The notes under the pieces were generated by a model, which was given only the letters and a program-made list of their open reading frames with translations, ran no database searches and was not told where the DNA came from. Shown here piece after piece: positions 23,223 to 34,803 of a DNA stretch of 64,000 bases (positions within the stretch are counted from its first letter, which is position 1; every line of letters begins with the position of its first letter). Both the position numbers and the translations under genes were made by a program. Source of the stretch: Octopus sinensis (lineage: Eukaryota). The stretch covers positions 58,962,001 to 59,026,000 of the forward strand of contig NC_042998.1 in assembly GCF_006345805.1 (NCBI RefSeq). The letters are read 5' to 3'.

Positions 23223-25804
23223 ACAATGATAATTCTAGCTCTAACACTTACTGCCATGACCGTCGTATCATTAGCCACTGTAATGGGGCTCATTGTAGCA
23301 GTCAAGTAACCAAAACTAGCAGTCACGATACTGTCTGTCAGCAGCCTTTTTCAACATCTAAATATGACATCTCTACATGTAATATTACTAACCACCTTTA
23401 TAACATTAGTAGTGGCAGGCATAACGGGGAAATAATTAACCTTAACAATAACAGTCGCACCAGTTCTAGTGTAAATGTAGATTATGTAACTATTAATGAT
23501 CATAATAACTACTTTAATTTCCACAGTTTATGTATTAGTGTTGAGCGGGTAATGATAAAACCACTGTTTCTTATGTAAGTCCAGATAATTCGGATAGTTC
23601 TGTCAAATCTAACAATAGTCGTATCTCTCTATAGTCCTTCAATAACTCTTGAAGCACCATCGGCCATACATGTCTTAAATTATGTAATTGTTAAACATAT
23701 TTCTATGTCCTCTAAATAGTTTATGTTCAACTAAAAATACTATGTATAGATGTGACATAACTTACATGAGTACTTTTATCTGTTCCACTTCATGCTAATT
23801 CAAGCGGAGATATTACAGTCATTCTTAATCTTTCAATAATCCTACAAATGCTGTGGTTACGTAACTCGCAGAAAAATGTTTGGTATTAAAAGACCAAAAA
23901 TTTAAATACCAAATTACCTAAAGCACAATAAAGAATGCATTACCCTACTCAAATGATAGGTATGGATGCATTCTTTGCTGTACTGAATTATGGGAAATAC
24001 CTAAATGTCCAGGTAATATCTTTAATAAGTCTCATGAACTTAGGGTGGAATGCGCCGATCATATTAGAAACAAATTTCCATATTGTAAACCAGTTACTTA
24101 ATTCGCTCCGAATAATACTTCGTAACTTCTTTTTATCCATACCCTCTAACGTAGTTATGTATCTTATTCGAGGCGTTAGGTGTCGTTTGAATAGCACGAT
24201 ACATTATGCCATCAGCATTCTTATTATACTAGATTTCAACTTCTAGATTCCTTAAATAGTGAAATATTTGATTGTCCAGCTCTCCGTTTACGATTTCTTC
24301 TATATCTTTCGTGTACTTGTTACTTTATATCATTTGGCTTATGTCATATTCATACACACACAAGCACACACACACACACAAGCGCACACACACACAAGCA
24401 CACACACACACAAGGGCGCGCGCACACACACACACACGAGTTTCCGTCTTCCAAATTTACTCACAAGCCATCGGTGGTCTGTGGCTAACACGCATTGGAA
24501 CTCAACTAGAAACCGCGTGGCTTTGATGCTAACTTCTCAGCCATATAGCCTTGCACACACGCACACACACCACCCCTTCTTTTACTCTTCATATATATGT
24601 GTGTGTGTGTGTATGTTGCACAAATCATTAACATCTTTCTCTTACCACACTTTCAATTTAACACATCAATTGAGGAAATATCAATGATATGATCCTCTCA
24701 GTTTCCTCACTAATTTTATCTTTTTGTTTTTTTCACTTTCCATTTCCTATCTGAATTAATACGGCAATAAAAAGTATTATGCATTTCCCCTCCCTATTCA
24801 CATTCTCCAGCTTTTACGAAGCATCATATTCGCTTCAACTGCCCGTAGATATATAATTTAACGTTATTTTATTTCATCTCTAGAAACAAACTGGTTATTT
24901 GAATTGAGTTTAATAATTGGTATTACTGACACTCAAGATTCTGTGAATCAACTGATCAACATTTATTACACTTAATAGAAGGAAAAAAAAATTGAAAATT
25001 CTTGTAACAAAATTTATTTTCTTTTAAATATAATTCTTCATATTTCTGAATACTACAACCTGGCTCAGCCTACATTTAATAAATATTTAAAACCAAACAA
25101 ACAAACTGACAAACAAACAAATAAGCCAACAGTTCATAAATATGTTTATTTATGGTTGATTTTGCATGATTAAAATTTCTCTATTCTTTTTTTATTTCTA
25201 TTTTCAATAAATCGTTAAAAAAAAAAAGGTTATTTTTCACGAAGATCGTATTGATATTTACCTCATGATGGCACTAGAAACGGATTTTAATTTTTTGTCA
25301 AACGATTTACTTGTTAAAATTATTATTACTACCGTTGTTATTGTAATCGTTATCGTTATTGTTGTTATTATTATTGTTACTGTTATTGTTGTTGTTATTA
25401 TTGTTGTTATTATTGCTGTTGTTGTTGTTGTTTTTGCTGCTTCTGCTGTTGCTGTTGTCATTATTAAATATAGATAAATAAAATACGTCGTTTTTACTCT
25501 GAAGTTTTCATATGTTAATATATTATTGAGAAGTTGACGACAAATTAATATTTGATATCAAATATACAAATATAGGTATATATGTCTACATATGTGTGTG
25601 CGTGCATGTGCGTGTATGTGTGTTTGTGTCTGTGGGCGTAATGAAGTTCCAGTCAACGCGATCCTCCTAATACTGCTACTATAGAGTCAGCTTATTAGTA
25701 AGTGTTCAATTTTTACTCATAAACTTATAAACTTACTTTAAAATGATAACCGTATTTCAGTACTTGTATATTCGCATATACATACATACATACATACCTA
25801 TATA

Positions 25805-25850
<46 letters not shown>

Positions 25851-25926
25851 ATATATATTATATATATATATATACATATATATGTGTGTGCGTGTGTGTA
25901 TGTATATATATGTACATATATGTATA

Positions 25927-25990
<64 letters not shown>

Positions 25991-26072
25991 ATACACATAT
26001 ATATACATATATATACATATATATATATACATATATATATATATATGTATGTATGTTTATGTGTATAATATA

Positions 26073-26950
26073 CGGGGAGGTACCCAAAAGTAACCGGAAA
26101 CGTTCTCTGTGGGACAAGCCTATTGTAGTTCCACCATTGGAAAACACTTCATGCAACCATCAGGCGCCAGTCTGCTCAACGACGTCGTCCTGTAACTTCG
26201 TACTGTCACGTGGTGCATCCTTGTTTTGCAGTGCTTCGCTCGTGTTCGTCGAGTTTTGCAATGGCTGAAACGAAGGAACAGCGTGCTTCTGTGAAGTTCT
26301 GTTTTCTGATGAAGAAAACAGCGGCAGAAACAATTCTCAGGCTTGAAGCTACCAACAAAGCCGCTGCCATGAGCAAAACAGAAGTTTACGAGTGGTTTCT
26401 ACGTTTTAGAAATGGTTACTTGCCGCTTGAAGACCAACATCGTTCAGGACGACCGTCGACCTCTAAAACGAACGAAAACATTATGAAAATTCATGAACTG
26501 ATCTTGGAGGAGCGTCACCGAACAATTGACGAACATGTTGATATAAGCGGCGTGAACTGGAGCTCCTGCCAACGAATTTTGAGCGAGGAATTCCAAATGA
26601 AAAGAGTTGCAGCAAAATTTGTGCCTCGCTTACTCACATTAGATCAAACGCAGTCACGATTGAATGCGTGTGGTGAACCGAGAGAACAATTGGAAATTGA
26701 TCTGGGACATTTTTGGAATGTGATCACTGGTAACAAAAGCTTGTGCTACGGAATTTGCAGATATGTAAGAGGTGAAGATTAACAATCATCGGTAGCGTTA
26801 AAAGACATCACTTTCCAAGAGTTCCAGCTGTGGGAAACCCGTCTGGACCGATGCATTGCTTCAAATGGAGAATATTCTGAAGACAATAAAAGTGTAAACA
26901 TGTAAAACTAAGTGAATAAAATAATATTGCAAAATTCTTTTGGGTAAACC

Positions 26951-26954
<4 letters not shown>
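26073..26954 (+). mobile_element. Mariner transposon, internally deleted (catalytic core missing)
   Basis: TA|cggggaggtacccaaaag ... ctttttgggtaaaccctca|TA; ORF from 26261 [15 protein letters not shown]...VYEWFLRFRNG...RSGRPST...AKFVPRLLT...VITG, jumps to C-terminal W..RLDRCIASNGEY. Confidence 0.9.
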
Positions 26955-27035
<81 letters not shown>

Positions 27036-27232
27036 GCTTGGAGTAGATAAACAGCCTACAACTGATGACGCGTCGTCCTTTATGTTACTTGTGTTGTTTT
27101 CCATTTGTTTCTTTCGTTGTTCGCAAAAAAGTTCGTTTTCCATGTTTTCGTATTTTATGTTGTTTACGTTTTATGACGTCCTGTACCCATATATGCATAG
27201 GTATATGCATATATATGTAAGTATGTATATAT

Positions 27233-27280
<48 letters not shown>

Positions 27281-27319
27281 TTATATATTATTTATATTAT
27301 ATATATATACATACATATA

Positions 27320-27531
27320 TAGAGTGGCCCAAAAGTTAGCTTACAGTAATTCAGCTATCTCTTTGGCATTCATGTATTAACAGTTTAGATCTTAATTATA
27401 AAAAAAAAGAGAAACAATTATTCTATGGTAACTTAGATAATTGTAAGATATAAATTTAATTGTATCGAAATGTTTAAAAGAAATTTAAAGTGCCTAAGTG
27501 ATAACTGTAAACCTACTTTGGGGCCACCCTG
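27320..27531. mobile_element. Tc1/mariner-type MITE, 212 bp
   Basis: TIRs (t/c)ag(a/g)gtggcccaaa(a)gt(t)ag..ttacagt at both ends, TA flanks. Confidence 0.75.
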
Positions 27532-27789
27532 TATATATATATATATATATATATATAATGACGTATATTTGCCATTTGAATATGGCTAACCCCTATGGGT
27601 GGATGCTACTGTAGTTTGTAGCCCCAGGAGGACACTCGATAATCGATATATATATATATATATATAATAAATCTGGTATATATTAATTACTTTGTGTGTT
27701 TCAGCCTAAAAATTGGCCATGCAGGTGCACAACCAGTACCATCACCTTTTCAATGGCTATTCCTATATAGCTGGTATTTGATGAACGAG

Positions 27790-28085
27790 GAAGTTTTTTA
27801 TTGCTTTCCCGTTTGAGTTTCTAGTCTTGATGTAGGTTCATCTCGGATGTTAAATAGTAGACGGTCAAGATGCTTCTTGAAAACATCTACCCCCACTATA
27901 TGTAGATCTCTCAGGTGCTTATGCGCGATTTTAAATAGCTGTGGTCCTTTGAAAACGCATGATATTGCAGTATCTTGTCCATACTCTAGCTGGGATTGGT
28001 TGGGCGGTGTATCAGCCCCTTTCCAGGGGCTTGTATAACTCTCAATCTGAAGTTTGATGCCAGCCCATCTAAGTTGTCCCATATG
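27790..28085 (-). mobile_element. CR1-group LINE 3' end fragment
   Basis: SCVFKGPQLFKIAHKHLRDLHIVGVDVFKKHLDRLLFNIRDEP resembles CR1-type ORF2 C-terminus. Confidence 0.7.
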
Positions 28086-28263
28086 TATATGAAATGATTG
28101 TTTCAAATTTTACCAAAATGCCAGCAATTTTAGGATAGGAGATTCGATTACATCGTCCCCTGCACTTCACTGATACTTTGTTTTACCAAACTCGAAAGAC
28201 TGAAGGGTAAAGCTAACAGCTGCATGATTTGAACCCAGAATGTAAAGAACCGAAAGAAATTTT

Positions 28264-29450
28264 GCTAAACATTTCAGAAATGTAATGGCAAATAGGTCAG
28301 TTTCAAAACGTTGATGTCAAGGTCACAAAAGCAATGTTTGAAGGGAATAGTAACCATTTCCTTTGATTTCTAGATAGAAGCAAATAGGAAAAAAAAAAAA
28401 AAACTAACTGACCAAAGACAAATAAATAAAAATGAAAATTTTGTGGCACTGTTATTATTCGAAATGTTGTCACCGTAGACTGGGTCTTCAGAAACAATGT
28501 GATACAATCTCTGGCAATGAAATCAATTATTTCTTAACAAACCTTCAAGTCAGTGCAGCTAGATTTCGAGCAGCAGTTGGTGTCTTGTTGTTGTTGTTGT
28601 TGTTGTTTTCTCTTTTTAATGCTGAAATAGGGGGTGGGGATTCTCAGTGAGAATTATCAACGATCTCCGTTAATCATCTCAGGGATCATAAACATAAAAC
28701 ATGTACTTAATTTCCGTGAAGTGATTATCACGAACAATTTGGCATTTACAAATGTTGGCCATATGTCATGAAAATCTGTTTATTTAATAAGATGTTCGTT
28801 TTGTTTCATAACGATTTATTTTTAGAAATATTTTAACATTTAATTCTTTCTGCTTCAATTATTAAGCTATATCAGCACAAATAAACTTTCCTTACTTCAA
28901 AATTTTGACATGCTGCTTAAACTCATGCCAAGCCTCATCGAGTAGACCTCTAGTCAAAGTCACTTCACTCTTGCCCGTCGCGATTTTTGAAGCATTTGGA
29001 GATAAATTATATATGCCTTTCATTGTTGATGTAATTATTTAGGTCAGCTTATCGTGTCCGTTTCACCTCCTGAACAGTATGTATCAATTCATTATCTAAT
29101 ATGGCCTTGAACCTTGCCGTCTTTGTTTGTGTTTCATTCAAAGTCAACCCTGAAGGAACAGACTGAAGATCCAACAAGTTCTAACCGTAAGCAGTTGCTA
29201 AACATTTCAGAAGAGTAATGGCAAATAGGTCAGTTTCAAAACGTTGATGTCAAGGTCACAAAAGCAATGTTTGAAGGGAATAGTAACCATTTCCTTTGAT
29301 TTCTAGATAGAAGCAAATAGGAAAAAAAAAACAAACTAACTGACCAAAGACAAATAAATAAAAATGAAAATTTTGTGGCACTGTTATTATTCGAAATGTT
29401 GTCACCGAAGACTGGGTCTTCAGAAACAATGTGATACAATCTCTGGCAAT
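28264..29450. repeat. Pair of ~255-bp near-identical direct repeats (28264-28518 and 29197-29450), 933 bp offset
   Basis: gctaaacatttcagaa...gtgatacaatctctggcaat present twice with a few substitutions. Confidence 0.9.
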
Positions 29451-29829
29451 TTGCCATTACATTCTTTGTTACTGCTGCTAGTTAGATCTTGATCAACTGT
29501 GATTGAGGAAGACTGGCTCAAATTCCAGCAATGATCATCACATCGTTTTAACAACATATAGGAACAGATTATTTAATATGTCCTTCCTTCCTTCCTTCCT
29601 TCCTTCCTTCCTTCCCTAATGTTGCTGTTAGCGCTGTAGAAATATAATGACTTTATACGCGTGTCCAACTTGTCTTTTTAAAAGTTGCTAAGGACAGATT
29701 AGCTAATGGTTATTCACTTGTCACTGTTCTCTTTGTCTCTGTTGCTGTTTAGTCGAAAGCCAAATCTGATCAAGCAGACACAAGATCAAAAGGGAATCTA
29801 ACTGTGACTTTCCCATCTTTTTTTCCAGA

Positions 29830-30971
29830 TAGGCGTAGGAGTGGCTGTGTGGTAAGTACTTTGCTTACGGGTCGGGGTACCTGAATAATTACCAGAAATC
29901 CCTGGCTTGACAGTGCTTCCGTGTGGCGTTACCTGTTCGTGATATACTGTTAAGACACGGAAGTGCTGTTACACCGTCATGTCCAAGGTGCGAGCAGGAT
30001 AGGGAAACCGTCTTGCACGCATTCGTGGAATGTCTGGAAATATCGGGACTTATAGTTTTTACAGAACAACTGTTGTCATCGATAGGAAGAGTACAGCTAT
30101 CAGCTGAGTCCATCATTGAGATTGTGCCGCCTTCCTCCCTTAGCGGGGAGAGGAAGGCCTGTTTTTTCTGTGTGGTGGCCATATTGAAAGAAACAGTATG
30201 GAAGACGCGGTTGAAAGGGATTGTAACGGATAACTTCGTATCTGGCCAGGGGTTGGTCAAATTTTTTAGTTACCACCTCAGCAGTAAGATCAGGTTGAAG
30301 AAGAGGTGTCTGACACGTGAAAAGTTTAGAAAAAGATGGAAGCTTGTGGAGAGAAAGCTGGGAGTAACTGGCACCAAGTGAGCGGAGCCACGGAAAGAAA
30401 TCAAAGGTCCTGCTCTGGTGTAGGATGCCTTTCCCTCGTGTTAAACATTGCTTTTAGATATGTATTCATTTTTAATCTCATCAGTATGATAATAATGTTT
30501 AATTTTTAATCGTTTAAAACTACTTCACCTTTTTATGTTTGTCTGTCCTTGTCCATCCCCTCTATGTATTGCCTTATGGCAAATATTATGAAATAAAGTA
30601 GTTTGCTTACGAACCACATGGCTCTGGGTTCAGTCCCATTGTGTGGCGCCTTGGGCAAGTGTCTTCTACTATAGTCTCGGGCCGTCAAAAGCCTTGTGAG
30701 TGGATTTGGTAGGCGAAAACTGAGTCCGTCGTATATATGTATATATATGTATGTGTTTATATGTTTGTGTGTCTGTGTTTGTCCCCCCACAAACATCGCT
30801 TGACAACCGATGCTGGTGTGTTTACGTCCCCGTAACTTAGCGGTTCGGCAAAAGAGACCGATAGAATAAGTACTAGGCTTACAAAGAATAAGTCCTGGAG
30901 TCGATTTGCTCGACTAAAAAAGGCGGTGCTCCGGCATGGCCGCAGTCAAATGACTGAAACAAGTAAAAGAG
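29830..30971 (+). mobile_element. SINE family 1 split by a Tx1/L1 insertion in its tRNA-like head
   Basis: Head 5' part 29830-29869, resumes 30596-30730, tail to 30971. Confidence 0.9.
29870..30595 (+). mobile_element. Tx1/L1-clade LINE 3' end, 5'-truncated, with 16-bp TSD
   Basis: ALPVRDILLRHG...CPRCEQDRETVLHAFVEC (CCHC zinc knuckle)...KETVWKTR...FRKRW, stop 30381; TSD aagta(c/g)tttgcttacg at 29854-29869 and 30596-30611; 3' end ...tatgaaata without poly(A). Confidence 0.9.
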
Positions 30972-31514
30972 TATAGTAGAATTGGTTCGGCTGTGGCTAT
31001 ATATAAACAAGTAAAAGAGTAAAAGAGTACTACTGTTCAGCTAGGATCATATCATCTGATGTGAACACTTTTAAAGAGGTAGGGTGGTACTTGAAGTTTT
31101 GACAGAGAAACCATATTATCGAGTACCAAGAAAACTCTTATATTGCAGCATAGTAAGAAAACATAAAAAAAATATGTATCATTAATATCTATGAGCTTAA
31201 CACGATATAATTAATATTCGTGCCTATTTGTAAGTTTCATGATATCAAGTTCCAAATCGACAACTTCCTATCGGAAGTTAGTACTTGTTACATTGTCATT
31301 TCAGTTCCTGAATGTTGTCAATCAAAATACCTTAATGAATCCACTTTCGAACAGATCTTTTTGTAGGAAATACAATATATACATGCATACACACACACGC
31401 GCGCGCGCGCACACATACACACTCATATACTTGGAAATGGATGCATCGAGTTCAATTAAATAATGAATAATAAATAATGAAATATGATATGAGATATATA
31501 TATATATATTATAT

Positions 31515-31810
31515 CACGTAATAACGTGACCAACCAGGCCATAAGATGTTGTTACACGTCGCTGGTCACAATGCGCTTCGTATTGTTTTAGCCTTCAATG
31601 ACGCCACCCCGCTGACTGAGCGAGCTGGCCAACAGAAGAAAGAGTGAGAGAAAGTTGTGGTAAAAGAGTACAGCAGGGATCACCCCTCCCCCTGCTGGAG
31701 CCTCATGGATCTTTAGGTGTTTTCGCTCAATAAACACTCACAACACTCGGTCTGGGAATCGGAATCGCGACCCTACGACTGCGAGTCCGCTGCCCTAACC
31801 ACTGGGCCTT
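31515..31810 (-). mobile_element. tRNA-derived SINE (further family)
   Basis: Minus head ggcccagtggttagggcagcggactcgcagtcgtagggtcgcgattccgattcccagacc. Confidence 0.7.
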
Positions 31811-31829
31811 CACTTATATATTATATATT

Positions 31830-31849
<20 letters not shown>

Positions 31850-31863
<14 letters not shown>

Positions 31864-31886
31864 ATATATATATACACATGCACATA

Positions 31887-31938
<52 letters not shown>

Positions 31939-32344
31939 TATATATATATATATATATATATACACTCACACACATAATTACATACCTTCTTCTCCCCACC
32001 ATGATAGATCGGTAGCCACTACACACATTTTTCCTCTCCTTGTTTCTGTCTGTGTTCATTCCTGTGGAAGAGCGAAGGCTCGAAACATAAAAGACTTTTT
32101 CAATTCCCGAGCGTTATACTAATACATCTGTTTGTTTTCTACACCACCTTTCTTCGAAAACAAACAGATGTATTAGTATAACGCTCGGGAATTGAAAAAG
32201 TCTTTTATGTTTCGAGCCTACGCTCTTCCACAGGAATGAACACAGACAGAAACAAGGAGAGAAAAAATGTGTGTAGTGGCTACCGATCTATCATGGTGGG
32301 GAGAAGAAGGTATGTAATTATGTGTGTGAGTGTATATATATACA

Positions 32345-32375
<31 letters not shown>

Positions 32376-32415
32376 TGTGTGTCTGGATGTATGTGCATGT
32401 GTATATATATATATA
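31850..32415. repeat. Tail-to-tail inverted duplication of a PLE-like terminal fragment plus flanking microsatellites (arms ~280 bp, 16-nt spacer 32140-32155)
   Basis: Left arm ends tttgttttc 32139, right arm starts gaaaacaaac 32156; few mismatches; each arm has a degenerate hammerhead (cUGUGGAaGAGC..GCUCGAAAcAUA). Confidence 0.9.
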
Positions 32416-32639
32416 CATATTAGTACGTAAATGTATATATGCATCCACACACACGCAAACACACTCGCACACACATATATATAAGAAAATAAGAAGGGGT
32501 TGAAAATGCGTTAAATTTGTACCTCTAGTTTTTTTGAGTAAAACAAATTTCAATTTTTAACATTGGAAGTAACTATTTCTCTTATATATCTGTATATGTA
32601 AAAATAAAAATACAACATTATGCTTTCATATAAAAAAAA

Positions 32640-33150
32640 TAAATGTTTTTCAAATAAAATTTTACGGCAAAAATATACGTGAATGTTTACACAAAGTGAA
32701 AAACTGAATCGCATTTTACTGAAAAGTTTTGGTATAAAAATATTTTACTAAATAAATTTTAGCGCATGTTATATACATAGTGTATATGAGCTATTTTACA
32801 ATGCTGGAAATGTATTTAGCTGATCGCTTTTGATCCAGACTTTTATAGAAACTGCTTCAACTGACAGCCTTCAGTTTATATCACCGAAGATCAATCGAAT
32901 TCTTTATGATTTCTGCTTCAAGTTGGGTAGATAGCACTTCAAATGGATTCAAAATCCTATTTGGTACACTGAGGATTAACAGATTATTAATCTTTCCCAC
33001 ATATCTTGGTATAGATGCTTGAAATGCTTTACATAGTAACTCCATAGTCTTTCAAGGCATCCGTATTCGTTTTTAGGTTTGGAATTCTAAAAAGTCGCAA
33101 TTCTGTGGCATGTTAACACCCACAATGCTGGACTTCTGAAATTATTTCGA
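32640..33150 (-). mobile_element. Degenerate hAT (SPIN/Charlie-like) transposase C-terminal relic
   Basis: ILNPFEV...LEAEIIK...LK...FYKSL...YITC pattern like the hAT dimerization region; many stops; possible more N-terminal relic at ~36620-37640 (-). Confidence 0.45.
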
Positions 33151-33291
33151 ATAATTTGTATATAAAAAAAAAATTCAGTACCGAAGGGGTCATCTTTTCT
33201 CTCTGGATACGAGGTCTCTAAATACATTTTCGGCTTACATAGTATTTTCTTCCATCAGAAAACGTATTCATACTTATGAAATACACGAACA

Positions 33292-34566
33292 TCCGGTTGT
33301 CCGGAAAGTTCGTGCCGATTTATAGTAGCTTACCTTTCGACTTATTTTAGAACATGGTTGAGTCCATAAAATAGGATTTGACTACATCTCCATTTACAGC
33401 ACAGTTTAAGCTATCTTTTCGTGGAAGAAGGTTTATGTTCCTATTACCTGTGTTTATTCTGTAACCCTTTAAAATGGAAAATAAGAAAGTTCATTTTCGG
33501 CACTTGATGCTGTTCTTTTTCCGTAAAGGGAAAAATGCCTCACAAGCAACCAAAGAAATATGCGCAGTTTACGGTGATGTTTTTTTGTTATCCAAAAGAA
33601 CTGTACGGAAGTGGTTCGCAAGGTTCCGCGCGTGAGATTGTAGCCTTATTGATAAAGAGCGATCAGGCAGACCATCCACTAGAGATGATGACCAAAGCAA
33701 GTCATAATTTGATAATAACCCGCTTTGCACAACCTGAGAATTGGCAGAAAGCCTCAACCTATCAAAATCCGTCGTTCATGAGCTCCTGGTAAAGCCTGGG
33801 TATACTAATCACTACGATGTTTGGGTACCACATGAGTTGAGTGAGAAGAACCTTTTGGATCGCATTTCCATCTGTGATTTGCTTTATAAAGGGAATGAAA
33901 ACGTGCTTTTTTAAAGCAAATTGATGAGAAATGGATTATCTACCGAAATGTTCAGAGAAAGCGATCCTGGAGTAAGCGATACGAGTCACCCTTAGCCACC
34001 CCAAAAGTGGGTCTTCACCCTAAAAAAGTCTTGCTTTGTGTCTGATGGGATTGGAAAGGAATTCTGTACTATGAGCTTCTCTCAAGTAAAAAGACAATTA
34101 ATTCTGAGAAATACTGCACACAACTGGACGAGTTAAAAGCAACAATTCAAGAGAAACGTCCAGAATTTGCCAACAGGAAGGGTATTGTTTTCCAACATGA
34201 TAATGCAAGACTGCACGTTTCTTTGGGAATCAGAGAAAAATTGCTGCAGCTCGCCTGGGATGTGTTACCCTACACGCTATATTCACCAGATATTGCTCCT
34301 TCGGATTTCCACTTATTCAGATCTCTGCAGAATAGTTTTAATGGTAAAAATTTCAATTCCTTGGGTGACGTAAAGATACCTTGATGAATTCTTTGCCTTG
34401 AAACCACCTCAATTCTGGGAAGAGGGTATTTTCAAGTTAAAGGAAAGATGGAGACGCATTGAGCAACAAAATGATTCATATTTGGTTGATTAAAAATGCA
34501 ATGGCAAGTATTTATTGACCTATTTCTTTCCTTTAAAAATCGGCACGAAATTTTCGGACAGCCCAA
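33292..34566 (+). mobile_element. Near full-length mariner (Hsmar1/mellifera-like), inactivated
   Basis: ~30-bp TIRs (gttgtccggaaagttcgtgccgattt / aaatcggcacgaaattttcggacagcccaa|TA); transposase 33474-34493 MENKKVHFRHLMLFFFRKGKNASQA...WVPHELSE...DEKW...HDNARLH...YSPDIAPSDFHLF with frameshifts and loss of VTG before the first catalytic D. Confidence 0.93.
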
Positions 34567-34589
34567 TAATAAGAATTCTATTGAATATT

Positions 34590-34803
34590 AGCTTTAAATT
34601 CTGGCACAACGCCAGCACGTTCAAGGGAGCAGGTAAGTTGATTACATCGACCCCAGTGCTTCACTGTTACTTGTTTTATCGACCCCGAAAGGGACGAAAG
34701 GCCGAGCCAATCCCGGCGGCGTTTGAACTCAGAACGTAAATTCGGAAGAAATTCCGCTAAACATTGTGCTCAGTGTGCTAACGATTCTGCCAGCTCACCG
34801 CTT
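34590..34803 (-). mobile_element. SINE family 2
   Basis: Same head and Meta-like centre as 19643-19857. Confidence 0.8.

Noticed and set aside
27055-27180. CUGAUGA in a TA-flanked PLE-like fragment (similar lone cores at 20117, 30479(-), 45762, 57654)
   Set aside because: No correctly placed GAAA with supporting stems; cannot call a ribozyme.
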